A stretch of DNA of 64,000 nt, from positions 96,043-160,042 of IMG/VR virus record IMGVR_UViG_3300009082_000017; one strand, given 5' to 3'. Both the position numbers and the translations under genes were made by a program. Numbering within the stretch: the first letter of the stretch is position 1; every line of letters starts with the position of its first letter. Source of the stretch: a virus. This document shows positions 51,530-61,882 of this stretch, piece by piece. Under the pieces are notes generated by a model, which saw nothing but the letters and a program-made list of their open reading frames with translations, was not told the origin of the DNA and made no database searches.

Positions 51530-51540
51530 TAACTTATTAT
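51512..51540 (+). promoter_or_regulatory. sigma70-type promoter
   Basis: TTGACA-17-TATTAT. Confidence 0.6.
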
Positions 51541-51694
51541 ATAAAATAAGGAGATAATTATGAATGTAAACGAAATCACTAAAAAACAATGGTTTTTGAT
51601 TGTGGGCTTGCTGTTTTTAGCATCAATTTTAGCTAATTAACCCCCACAAAGTGGTATTTTCATTGGATGGCACAAAAAATAAAAAGGAGATAAA

Positions 51695-54600
51695 ATGAAA
51701 TTGTCAGAATTAATAAAAGAAAATATAAAAGAAAATTTCAATAAAATAGTAAATAGCGATAATATTGAAGAATATGTAAAACATTTAAGTCATGAGTTTA
51801 TTTCCAATTATACTTTGGATGAACTCTCAGAAATGTTCACAGCTTCAATTTATAATAAAAAAATTAATCAGTTTTTAATGAAATGAAGTTTTCATGGGGT
51901 TGAGAAAGGATAATTATGTTTACACAAAAAATGTATAAAGCCTTACGTCGAGATAATCAAGGAAAAGAAAACATTATTACAGATCTATTAAATGAAATTG
52001 ATAGACTAAATAAAGAATTGCACCCAATATGTAATTGTGAAAGATGCACTGGAATAAAAGATTATTATTTAGAAAGCGAAGATGATAATCCCAGTTTTTC
52101 AATGCATTAAATATATTACCATGAAATAAATGTTTCATGGACTAGAAAGGTAAAAATGGAAAGACATCATGTGTATTGTACTTGCTGCATTTATGGAAAT
52201 AAATTAATAAATAGTCTTTATAAAAAAGATAGACCAGACGACCCTATTGAAGCGTCTCCCCTGATTTGTAGAAATTGTTATCCTTGGAATTTAGAAGATA
52301 GCAGATCCTCAGATTTGAGAAAAAATTATAAAGAATCTTTGTCTGGATGGTGGTGGCTTACAAAACAAGAAATAAAAGATTGGTTTATGTATACACTTTA
52401 CAAAATTTGTAAAATACAAAAAGGAAAAGAATGAACGCAATAATTACGGTAAAATTTAAATTATTAAATTTATGCAACCCTGAAGATTTAGAAAGTATGG
52501 GGATGACTTTTGAAGAAATGGTTAGAAACCTAATTTCAGAAGAGGGTATTTTTGGTTTAGTAGAAGATGGTGGAGAAATTATTAGCGTTGAATCAATTGA
52601 GTCTATTTAAGAAAGGTGATATATGATAACTGAAGAAAACTACACGGTTTGCCGAAGAAAAGAAAATTCCGTAGAAATAAAAGATTTCGAAAACTTTGAA
52701 GACGCTTATAATCATTTTAAAAAAGATAAAGATAAATATTTATCAGGGTATATTGAACATTCATACAAAGTTACAGAAACATTTTTTGATTTTAATAAAA
52801 CAAAATATCCTCCACGAGATCAAGTGGAAGATATGGTAAATAATACATAGGAGAAAATGATCAATGAGAAACAAGAAAATAAGCCTGAAATATAAAGGGA
52901 TGCAACATTTAGTAAAAGATTTGGATTATTTAGTAGAATTAGGATTTGCAGAATTTGTCCCAGATCCAAAAACCGGCGAGTATGGGTATAGATTTAAAGA
53001 GGATGGGGTTAAATTGTTGGCTAACATGAACCAGGAAGAAAAAATTTCCCAATGAAATTGAAGTTTCATGGGGATTTGGGTATTGACAAGATAAAGAAAG
53101 TATGATATAAATAATCTAGGAGATTATAAAAATGGAAGATAAATCAACTGTCAAACTTAGAACTGAGAAATTGAATATTATTGATGCTAATGAAAAATAT
53201 AGAAAAGAAAATTATACAGACGTTACATTAAAAGATATTTCTATTATTATGCATAGAGCTTGTGGACAAGGAGTGATTCATAATTTAGCATATGAATTAT
53301 CTAATATTTTGCAAATAGATTCCGAATCTATGTTGTATGCTTTAGATGTTGTTCGAGACAAATATATAAATATTAGCAATCAAGATGCCTTAAATATGTT
53401 TTTTGGTAGTAAAGAACATTTCCCCGCTTGGTGTTTTCATTCGGATATTGAAAGGAAAAAACTAGTTTTACAAAGACGATTAGAACGCTTGAATGAAATG
53501 GAGATTTTATGAAAAATCCAATTATATATTATGGTGACGACGGTTGTTTATGGCTTTGTTTTCGAAATGAAAACAAGCAAATTAATTTATGTTTAGAAAA
53601 TGAAGGCATAGAATCTAGTTGGAATTATGTTGGCAAAAATCCAACAGAAGCAGAATGTTATACTTTAGATTCTCATCTTGCCGAAAGACTACGAGAGTTT
53701 TATGAGGATTATAGAGAAACGGAAGAAGGATAAAAATGCAAAAACTTTTTATGATTCGAGACATTGTTACTGGTGAATATTTCGATGATGATTACAATGA
53801 ATGGGGTGATTACGAAAACGCTAGTCTTTATGAAAAGATTGGCGAACAATACTACTCTGGAGCAACAGGCGAAATGGAATTGCCAGAAGATTCAGAATGG
53901 GTAGAATATGTTCTTCCCCATGAAAGCGCAATTTTATTGGATCAAGATGAAAAAATTTAGAGGCGTATTTGCCGAAGACAGAAATTGGTTTACTGACTTA
54001 ATTTATAATTTATTTGGTGGTCTTGTAAATAGATTATTATTTAAATTACCTTATTCTGAAACAGGACGAAAAATTATGATTTGGTTTGTTCAACATGATC
54101 CAGAAGAATATTCGGGTAGCTAAAGGAGATAAAATGAATATAAAAAGAAAACTAAGTTATGCCCATAATATAAAAATATTTGATAAAAATAACCCAAATA
54201 TCAAAATATTAAATACAGATGAATCCATAATTACATTGTTTAAAAACAACGATGTTCCCATTGAATATTGCGAAACACCTGAAAAGAATGAAGTCATCGG
54301 TTTTATTTCAAAAGTTGGTGAATTTATTGGAAGTGAATTGTTTGGAGACGTTACTTTTTGGGGAGAAAACTATTCTACATACGAACTTAAAAATTATTGT
54401 GTAGAAGTTGATTTTGAAGAAGCTGGAGAAGGTGAGTGTTGGGTTAGCAGAATTGTTTGTGTAGAATTCCAACCACATAAAACTATTATTTCATGAGGTA
54501 AAACAATGGAAACATTTAAAGACCAACAAGGCAGTATTTTTTATGCTTCTGACAGAGATGACTTAATACAAATAATTCAGAAATTATTAATTTATATATC

Positions 54601-55023
54601 TGATGTTTGTGAAAGCTATGGTAATGAATATGAGGCACTAGAAAAAGAAATCATAAAATTAGGAATACCATTGCCTAATAAAACGACCATTTCATTAGAG
54701 GAGTAAAAATGAGAGAATATACAGCAGTCAAAGTAGATAAATTAGTAGAGGCAAAAGTTACTTGCAATAAATGTGGCATGATTTATGATAATGAAACATT
54801 TGATCCAGAAATGCCACAAGGATATGAAGAATGGCAATGGGACACCATTCATGCTTTTAAAGTAGATTTTGGGTATGGCTCTTCCCATGATATGGAAAGA
54901 TGGAAATTTGATTTGTGTGAAAATTGCATTGAAGAATTAGTGGATTCATTTAAAATTAAAGCACAAAAACTTGGTACCGATCCATTTGGTGAAGAATTAT
55001 CTATTCAAGAAAATAATCAATAA
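51695..55023 (+). CDS. tract of about 14 small hypothetical proteins
   Basis: ORFs at 51695, 51916, 52156, 52431, 52623, 52864, 53132, 53509, 53736, ~53947, ~54134, 54506, 54709, most with RBS. Confidence 0.7.
53083..53111 (+). promoter_or_regulatory. sigma70-type promoter
   Basis: TTGACA-17-TATAAA, extended TG. Confidence 0.8.
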
Positions 55024-55048
55024 AACATATATTCCATGGAGGTAAATA

Positions 55049-55822
55049 TTGAGATTAAACGATGATATAGTTATTAAACAATGTGATTGTATGGATATAA
55101 TGCAAAGAATTCCAGACAATTATGTTGATATGATTTTATGCGATTTACCTTTTGAAAAAACTGGTGCAAAATGGGATATTATTATACCTTTAGATAAATT
55201 ATGGGTTCAATATAATAGAATTATAAAAAAAGATGGTGCAATAGTTTTGTTCGGAGTAGAACCATTCACATCAATGCTAATAATGAGCAATTTAAATAAT
55301 TATAGATATAAATGGACATGGGGAAAAGAACAAGGTGGTAATTTTCAATTAGCAAAACTTCAGCCATTAAATGTACTAGAGGATATTTGTGTGTTCTCTC
55401 TTTCAAAAACTGCTAATGGCGCAAAAGAAAATATGAGATATTTCCCAATTATGACGAAAAGAGATAAGCCAACAAAATCAGGTGGCAATCCTTCTGTAAG
55501 TGATATTTTGCATAAAAATAATATGGTGGCATTACATAAGATATATGAAGAAAGTTATCCAAAAAATATTTTGCGTTTTAATAAAGATCATAGTTCGAAA
55601 AGATTGCATCCGACTCAAAAACCGGTTGAATTATTAGAATATCTGATAAAAACATATACAAAAGAAAAAGAAGTTATTTTAGATAATACTATGGGTGTGG
55701 CATCAACAGGAGTTGCTTGTATAAACACAAATCGCAAGTTTATTGGGTATGAATTAGATGAAAAATATTTTGAAATTGGTAAAAACCGACTTTTAGAATG
55801 TTTAGTAGAAAAATCGAAATAG
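55049..55822 (+). CDS. N4/N6 DNA methyltransferase (beta class)
   Basis: DMILCDLPF, HPTQKP, LDNTMGVAST (glycine motif slightly deviant), FIGYE. Confidence 0.9.
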   Translation: MRLNDDIVIKQCDCMDIMQRIPDNYVDMILCDLPFEKTGAKWDIIIPLDKLWVQYNRIIKKDGAIVLFGVEPFTSMLIMSNLNNYRYKWTWGKEQGGNFQLAKLQPLNVLEDICVFSLSKTANGAKENMRYFPIMTKRDKPTKSGGNPSVSDILHKNNMVALHKIYEESYPKNILRFNKDHSSKRLHPTQKPVELLEYLIKTYTKEKEVILDNTMGVASTGVACINTNRKFIGYELDEKYFEIGKNRLLECLVEKSK

Positions 55823-55904
55823 AAACATATATCAAAAATAATAACTATTTTTAAGATTTACCCCATGAAATGCAAATTTCATTGATTTAATCGAAAGGAG
55901 GATA

Positions 55905-58294
55905 ATGACCACACCAAAAGAAGCATTAGAATTCTCCAAAGAAAAAGCAACAACCGAATTATTACAATTTATAGTTTCTGCTTCCAAAGGATATGAATAC
56001 GTTAATAAACAAAAACTAAGAGAAATTATAGATTGGATAACTTTGGCATCTTGTTTAGAAGGCCAAGTTATGATAAGCGAAAACCTACCTAAAAAAGAAT
56101 AGAGGCATACTATGGCACGAGGGATTCACAGCAATACCCACATTACCAAATTGTTTTACATCCTTAGAAGAAAAGGAATATCTGATGGATTAAAACATTA
56201 TTGTGTACTTGAATTACGTCACTGGCAGGAAATAACCACAGATGAAGCTTATAAATATTTAGGATTAGATTATAATAACCTAGAAGAACAATTTAATAAT
56301 ATTACAAAATCAAAGGAGAAATAATAAAAATGACAGACGAAGGAAAGAAATTACAGCAAGAACAAATCCAAAGAAGTTATGATTTATTGAAAGAGGAAGG
56401 CGTTGTAACGAGTAAAGATTCTGCGTTATATTGGATTTTTGAAATTGCACAAAATTATGATACTGCTGAAACAATTGGAGAACATCGCGCGGTAATTGAT
56501 GAGCTTGCAGCATATGCATTACTTGGGAAAGAATGTGTTGAATAAAACTAATTTTACCAGAAACCTTGACAAATTTACATTTCTGTGGTAAACTTATTTT
56601 ATAATTATAGGAGCGCACATTGGGCAATATATGTTTTTATTGCAATAAAGAAATTACTGAAAAAGACACATGTTGGTTTGAACCAATAGATGGGTCTTAC
56701 CCCACAAAATATGGTAATATCCCTTTTCATAAAGAAAAATGTTATCGAACTATAAAAGATATTTTCCAATATTTAGAAGAAAATAAAGAAAGAGTTTTTG
56801 ATTTTATTGCAAATGGATCTAAACAAATTGTAGAAAATAAGGCAAAACAAATAAAAGAAACTATTGAAGAACAACCTAAAACAAAAGAAAATAAAATCAA
56901 AAAAACTAAAAAAATTAAAACTAAAAAAACTAAAAGGAAATAGTAAAATGGGAAAATACGATGTAAAAATAACCAACCAATTAAAAGAAGGTGATAAAGT
57001 AAAAATTGATATTGAAAAATATCGTTGGCAAAGAGAACAAGGATCTCTCACTGATACTTTTTGGCAATTTTTGGAAGACAATAAAGAAACTATTTTTACA
57101 CTTTTCGCAAGAAATAAATATGGAATTATGTGGGGAATAGAAGAGGATACAAGATGGTCTTTATATGGTGATTTTTTGATTAAGATTGACTAATGGAGAT
57201 TAATATGGCATACTGGGTGTATTGGACAATATTTTCTGTATTAGCTTTTTGTGTGGCTGGGATTATTATTAAGTTTTTGTGGGATATTTTACAAGAACTT
57301 AAATTCTTAAATAAAAATCCCAAAGAAGGCAATTGTCCTCATGGGTATAGTGATTGGGATGCGTGTCAAGTTTGTAGTTCTGAAAAGAAATACTTTTAAT
57401 TACAATAAGAAATTAATTTCATGGAATGAGTGAGGATAAGATGTGACATTTTCTAATTCTGGAGCCATATGTTCTGCAAGTTATATAAGTTGGGGCGATA
57501 CTTGGCTTAATTACGATCATACTATTGTTTCTAGAAAAGAATAAAAAGAAAAACATTTCTGTGAATATTGCGGATCATATAGTGAGTCAGTTTATAGAGA
57601 AGGAACTTGTGGCGCATGTGGCGCTCCATTTGGGAAATCACAACATAAGACAAAGACTTATCCTGATCGTTCTTGTGGATGGGTATATGCACCATAAAAC
57701 GATAATTTCATGGGAATAAAATAGAAAGGATAAATAAAAATGCATGTAAATCTTATTTATAAAGAAAACGATTTTCAAACATTAGCAGAATTATTCTTGA
57801 AACATAGAACTGTTAATGAATTCATTGAAGAAGCTATACATAGTCCAATTAGATCATTTGATGGGAGTAATAGAATTGATATGAATACTGCTATTACTGT
57901 GTGGCAGTCGTTTAAGGCGTTGGAGAATGTTATGGATAAGGTTGAAGCGTAATGAGAGATTATCCTTTTTATGTTTATTTGCACACAAATGGCGAATTAA
58001 TTACCAAGAACCCTTGGGTTGTAGATTCTATGGGCGCTAGTGAATATTTTGATAGCAGTTTTGTTGTAAAATATTGGCTTGTTAAAAACGACGAAGAACT
58101 TGAAGGCGTAAAAAAACAAGCTGTTAAATTAATAAAATGAATATTTCACTAGGAGAAAAATGATTAAATTATTAAAACAATTATTTTGTGCTTTAATTTA
58201 TGCTCACGATTTTGAAAAATATTCTGGTAGTGAATATGCAAAATGTGAAAGATGCGGATATATCACATCAGTATATTATAGAGAAAATGTTTAA
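55905..58294 (+). CDS. tract of small hypothetical proteins
   Basis: ORFs at 55905, 56112, 56330, 56620, ~56948, 57193, 57740, 57952, 58160. Confidence 0.65.
56566..56594 (+). promoter_or_regulatory. sigma70-type promoter
   Basis: TTGACA-17-TAAACT, extended TG. Confidence 0.8.
57443..57697 (+). pseudogene. zinc-ribbon gene with premature stop, between sites 57404 and 57693
   Basis: GTG 57443; in-frame TAA 57542-57544; continues CEYCG...CGACGAP...YAP* with stop in the site arm. Confidence 0.6.
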
Positions 58295-58322
58295 TAAAAT
58301 AGATAATTCATGGAGATAGAAT

Positions 58323-59000
58323 TTGTATAAAATATACAATCAAGATAATACAAAAGTCTGTAGTTTACCAAAAGTAGATTTAGTATATGCAGATATGATC
58401 TATGAAAATGAAGACCTTTCATGGATTTATGATTTTTTCGATTTGCTTAAACCTAATGGAATTTTTATCGTTCAAACAGATTTTCATACAAATTATTTAG
58501 TGAGAGATGCCCTTGAGAATATACGTCAAGCAACATTTGTAAACCATTTGGTTCAAAAGAATGAATGGGGAAACCACCCAAAAAATAAATTTCATCAATG
58601 CTATGACGACATTATAGTTTTCTGCAATGGTAAAGATTGGAAATTTTATCCAGAAAGAATTCAAGTAGACAAGGTTACAAAAAATAAAGGATTAAATCCT
58701 TCAGGTAGACAAACCAAACAAGCAACAGCATGGATAGACGATATTTGTCTAACTACAACATCAAAAGAAAGAATCAAAAAAGAAGATGGGCATTTAATTA
58801 GATGGCAGAAGCCCTTAAGATTATTTGATAGGATTGTTGCGCCTTTTACTGACGAAAAAGATTTAATATTTGATCCGTTTATGGGTAGTGGTAGTTTGGG
58901 CGAATGGTCAATCAAAAATAATAGAAATTATATTGGTATAGAATACGATGAGGTTGTTTTCGGATTAGCGAAACAAAGATTAGATAAGCTTACCCAATGA
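58323..59000 (+). CDS. N4/N6 DNA methyltransferase (beta class)
   Basis: DLVYADMIY (motif IV variant), WQKP, DPFMGSGS, YIGIE. Confidence 0.88.
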   Translation: MYKIYNQDNTKVCSLPKVDLVYADMIYENEDLSWIYDFFDLLKPNGIFIVQTDFHTNYLVRDALENIRQATFVNHLVQKNEWGNHPKNKFHQCYDDIIVFCNGKDWKFYPERIQVDKVTKNKGLNPSGRQTKQATAWIDDICLTTTSKERIKKEDGHLIRWQKPLRLFDRIVAPFTDEKDLIFDPFMGSGSLGEWSIKNNRNYIGIEYDEVVFGLAKQRLDKLTQ

Positions 59001-59082
59001 AAATCACTTTCATGCGAACATCAAATTCTCGTAAACTATACGATTAACACGAATTACAAAATTACAAAGAAGGGAGGTTCCC

Positions 59083-59682
59083 ATGGAGATCTTAAATAGA
59101 AATGAAATAAGTGAATTAGTAGACATGTATAGTATTAAAGATACCGTTGATACTTTTATATCAAAAACTATCAATAAATTTCCACTTACTGAAGACGAAT
59201 TAAAATTAACATTTCAAATTATTGACCGTTGTTTTATTAGATGGTATATTGACTAAAAGACTAAAAAATCAAAATGACAAAATATTTTCATGGACTAACA
59301 ATAGAAGAGAAATGTGATATCTATAACAATAGAATCCCATGGTATAAAACTGCTAAAAAATATCCTCAACCTGAGTGGTGTTTACATCAAAATGCAATCT
59401 GTGGTTTATTTGGATGTGATGAATTATGGGAAGGATTAATCGAAGGAAAGAAAGATTGTTATAGTTGTAAGTGGTGTGAAGGAGGAGAATATTATGAGTA
59501 AGAGTGAATTTAAGAAATTAGTTGAGATGGAAGTTTTAGGGTTTATTGATTTTGTTAATGATAGAGGTTATTTTTTACAAAATAATGAAGATGAGAATAG
59601 TAGAATTACTTATGTAATTCTACAAAAATTGTTACAAGAATATTTAAGTAAAGGCGAAGGAGAATCCGAAATTGAATGTTAA
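59083..59682 (+). CDS. three small hypothetical proteins (59083, 59274, ~59494)
   Basis: Packed + strand ORFs. Confidence 0.6.
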
Positions 59683-60226
59683 ATTATTATCTGAACATGG
59701 TTATGAAGAAGCCGCACTTGGCTTCTCTTTAAGTTATAACACTAGCATTGAAAGAGCAAAAGAAATTTTACCCAAATATGCTTGGGGAAAATCTGGAGAA
59801 ACAAAATTTCTAGAAAGTATTTATATTTGGTTGGATGTTACCGCCCCTAGATATTGGTGGCAAGAAGCTGATACTTATAGGTTGACTACAAAACAAAGCG
59901 CTTCAACAATGCATACATTAATGAAAGCAAAACTATCAGAAGAAAATTTTGAAGAAAGTATTTATACAGAATTTGTAGGATTCCAAAATTATTTAGATTT
60001 CTTAAATGGATTAATTGAACATAAAGAAATTCCAATAGATAATATTAAATGCTTATTGCCAGAAGGATTTCTCCAACGTAGAATTTGGGTAATAAACTAT
60101 AGAGTGTTACAAAATGTTTATAACCAAAGGAAAAATCATCGACTCCCACAATGGCATTACTTCTTTGATGAAATTTTCAAAGACTTACAACATCCTGAAT
60201 TTATCAAACCACCGGAGACAAAATGA
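59672..60226 (+). CDS. ThyX-fold (Thy1-like) protein
   Basis: APRYWWQE.DTYR...S.STMH, LP.GFLQ.R...NYR.L.N...QR..HRLPQW; lies in nucleotide-metabolism block. Confidence 0.65.
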   Translation: MNVKLLSEHGYEEAALGFSLSYNTSIERAKEILPKYAWGKSGETKFLESIYIWLDVTAPRYWWQEADTYRLTTKQSASTMHTLMKAKLSEENFEESIYTEFVGFQNYLDFLNGLIEHKEIPIDNIKCLLPEGFLQRRIWVINYRVLQNVYNQRKNHRLPQWHYFFDEIFKDLQHPEFIKPPETK

Positions 60227-60628
60227 CACCAGATGAAGAAACTGATTTGGCAGAAAAATTAGTTCGACTAGTTTCACAATGTATGGAAGAAAAACACATC
60301 GCAAAGGAGAACTTAACTATTGATAATTTTTTAAATTGGGTCGTAGATAAGGCAAATAAATCTATTAAAAGAAAGAAGAAAAAAGATGAAATCCAAAACA
60401 TTAATATTTCTGTATAACCCCGAAACTAAAGAATACGTTGAATCACTATCCAATGAATGTGACATTTCATGGTGCGATAGTTGGGTTGAGGCGATGGATT
60501 TTAGTGATATGTTTATTGTTAAGAGGTGGGTGAGAAGGTTAGGATTAGAGAATAAGTTTAGGGATTTGGGGTTAAAGTTGAAGTGGAAGAGAGTGTTAGT
60601 ATTTGATGGAGTTAGGGGTGTGGTATGA
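60223..60628 (+). CDS. two small hypothetical proteins (60223, 60386)
   Basis: Overlapping start/stop with neighbours. Confidence 0.55.
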
Positions 60629-61155
60629 TAATAGCGTTTGATTACGATATGGTCACGAGCGACACCATGGAATCTTGGTTGAGGATGTATAACAAAGATT
60701 TTAACGACAATCTTACAGTAGATAAAATTACGTCATGGGGAATCCAAGACTTTGTTAAGTCTGAAGCACGAGATGCCATTTTAGAATATGTAAATCGTCC
60801 AGAAGTATTTGAAAAATCAAAACCAATTTGCGGATCAGCACATGCTCTTTCTTATTTGAAATCACAAGGATATCGTATAATTTTTATATCTGTAAATAAT
60901 CCAGATAACGTAAAAAATAGATGGCTTAAGAAATATGGCTTTATAGAAAGTGATGATGATGTTGTAATCGCAACAGATAAGTCCCTCATAAAGTGCCAGT
61001 TTTTAGTTGACGATAATCCTAAAAATTTATTAAATATTGATGGTATTGGTATTTTATTTACCCAACCACACAATAAAAATATTGATTGGTTTCCAAGGGC
61101 GAATAATTGGCAAGAGGTTATTGGTATTATTGAGGGATGGTCTATAAATGAATAA
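60625..61155 (+). CDS. 5'(3')-deoxyribonucleotidase (HAD, NT5C-like)
   Basis: FDYDMV, K..WL, DKSLI, LVDDNP.N, P.N..RANNW. Confidence 0.88.
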   Translation: MIIAFDYDMVTSDTMESWLRMYNKDFNDNLTVDKITSWGIQDFVKSEARDAILEYVNRPEVFEKSKPICGSAHALSYLKSQGYRIIFISVNNPDNVKNRWLKKYGFIESDDDVVIATDKSLIKCQFLVDDNPKNLLNIDGIGILFTQPHNKNIDWFPRANNWQEVIGIIEGWSINE

Positions 61156-61879
61156 AGGAACTATTGATCTTAAAGGTCAACGTTTTGGTAGATTATTAGT
61201 TTTAGAACGATGTGAAAATAATTATTATGGAAGAACTTGCTGGCTTTGCAAATGTGACTGTGATGGCAAAATTGTAAAGATCACAACAAAATCTTTAAGA
61301 AACGGAGATACCCAGTCATGCGGCTGTCTCAATAAAGAACGTTTGTTTGAAAGTATAAAAAAATATAATACTTATGATCTAACTGGAGAATTTGGAGTTG
61401 GATATGACCATAAAGGAGATTCTTTCTTATTCGACAAAGAAGATTATGATAAAATAAAAAAATATTGTTGGATTGTGGCGGAGGAGTATGTAAAGGCATA
61501 TTCTATGGGAGATTTTTCTCATAAAATGATATATTTACATCGTCTAATTATGGGCATAGATGACAAAAATATAAAAATTGATCATGACAACAAAACACCA
61601 TCAGATAACAGAAAAAACAATTTAAGAATTGCAACTGACACACAAAATTTACAAAATTGTTCATTATCCATAAGAAATTCTAGCGGAGTAATTGGTGTTG
61701 ACTGGATGAAAAGTAGATGTAAATATAGGGCTAGAATTCAAGTGAATGGAGAAGGTATTCATTTGGGTGTTTTTAATAAAATAGAAAATGCTATTACTGC
61801 AAGACTTAAAGCAGAAAAAGAATATTTTAAAGAATTTGCTCCTCAAAAACATTTGTTCGAAGAATATGGAGTGATATAA
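61148..61879 (+). CDS. HNH-AP2 homing endonuclease
   Basis: Paralog of 50580 and 41488. Confidence 0.9.
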   Translation: MNKGTIDLKGQRFGRLLVLERCENNYYGRTCWLCKCDCDGKIVKITTKSLRNGDTQSCGCLNKERLFESIKKYNTYDLTGEFGVGYDHKGDSFLFDKEDYDKIKKYCWIVAEEYVKAYSMGDFSHKMIYLHRLIMGIDDKNIKIDHDNKTPSDNRKNNLRIATDTQNLQNCSLSIRNSSGVIGVDWMKSRCKYRARIQVNGEGIHLGVFNKIENAITARLKAEKEYFKEFAPQKHLFEEYGVI

Positions 61880-61882
61880 TAT

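Larger units (their letters stand above)
51645..60471. repeat. Dispersed 7-6-7 palindromic site array, tract 3 (about 17 copies)
   Basis: Cores at 51645, 51877, 52120, 53051, 53919, 54476, 54677, 55019, 55864, 57404, 57693, 58131, 58293; 58996 has a 5-bp spacer; weaker candidates 53492, 59273, 60452. Confidence 0.92.

Noticed and set aside
56870-56940. AAAAAACT-like short repeats
   Set aside because: Explained by a lysine-rich protein tail (KKTKKIKTKKTKRK).
57542-57544. Stop-codon reassignment
   Set aside because: Long genes read intact in the standard code and all three stops terminate genes; this is an isolated lesion.
304-60471. Palindromic repeats as a CRISPR array
   Set aside because: Copies are separated by whole genes (roughly 150 bp to many kb), the centre is variable, and no cas genes are present.
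304-60471. Repeats as classical integron attC sites
   Set aside because: No RYYYAAC/GTTRRRY cores, far shorter than attC, and the recombinase lacks an evident IntI insertion. The analogy is architectural only.
304-60471. Repeats as intrinsic terminators
   Set aside because: AT-rich stems with uncompensated mismatches, no U tract, fixed 6-nt centre, and most downstream genes have no promoter of their own.
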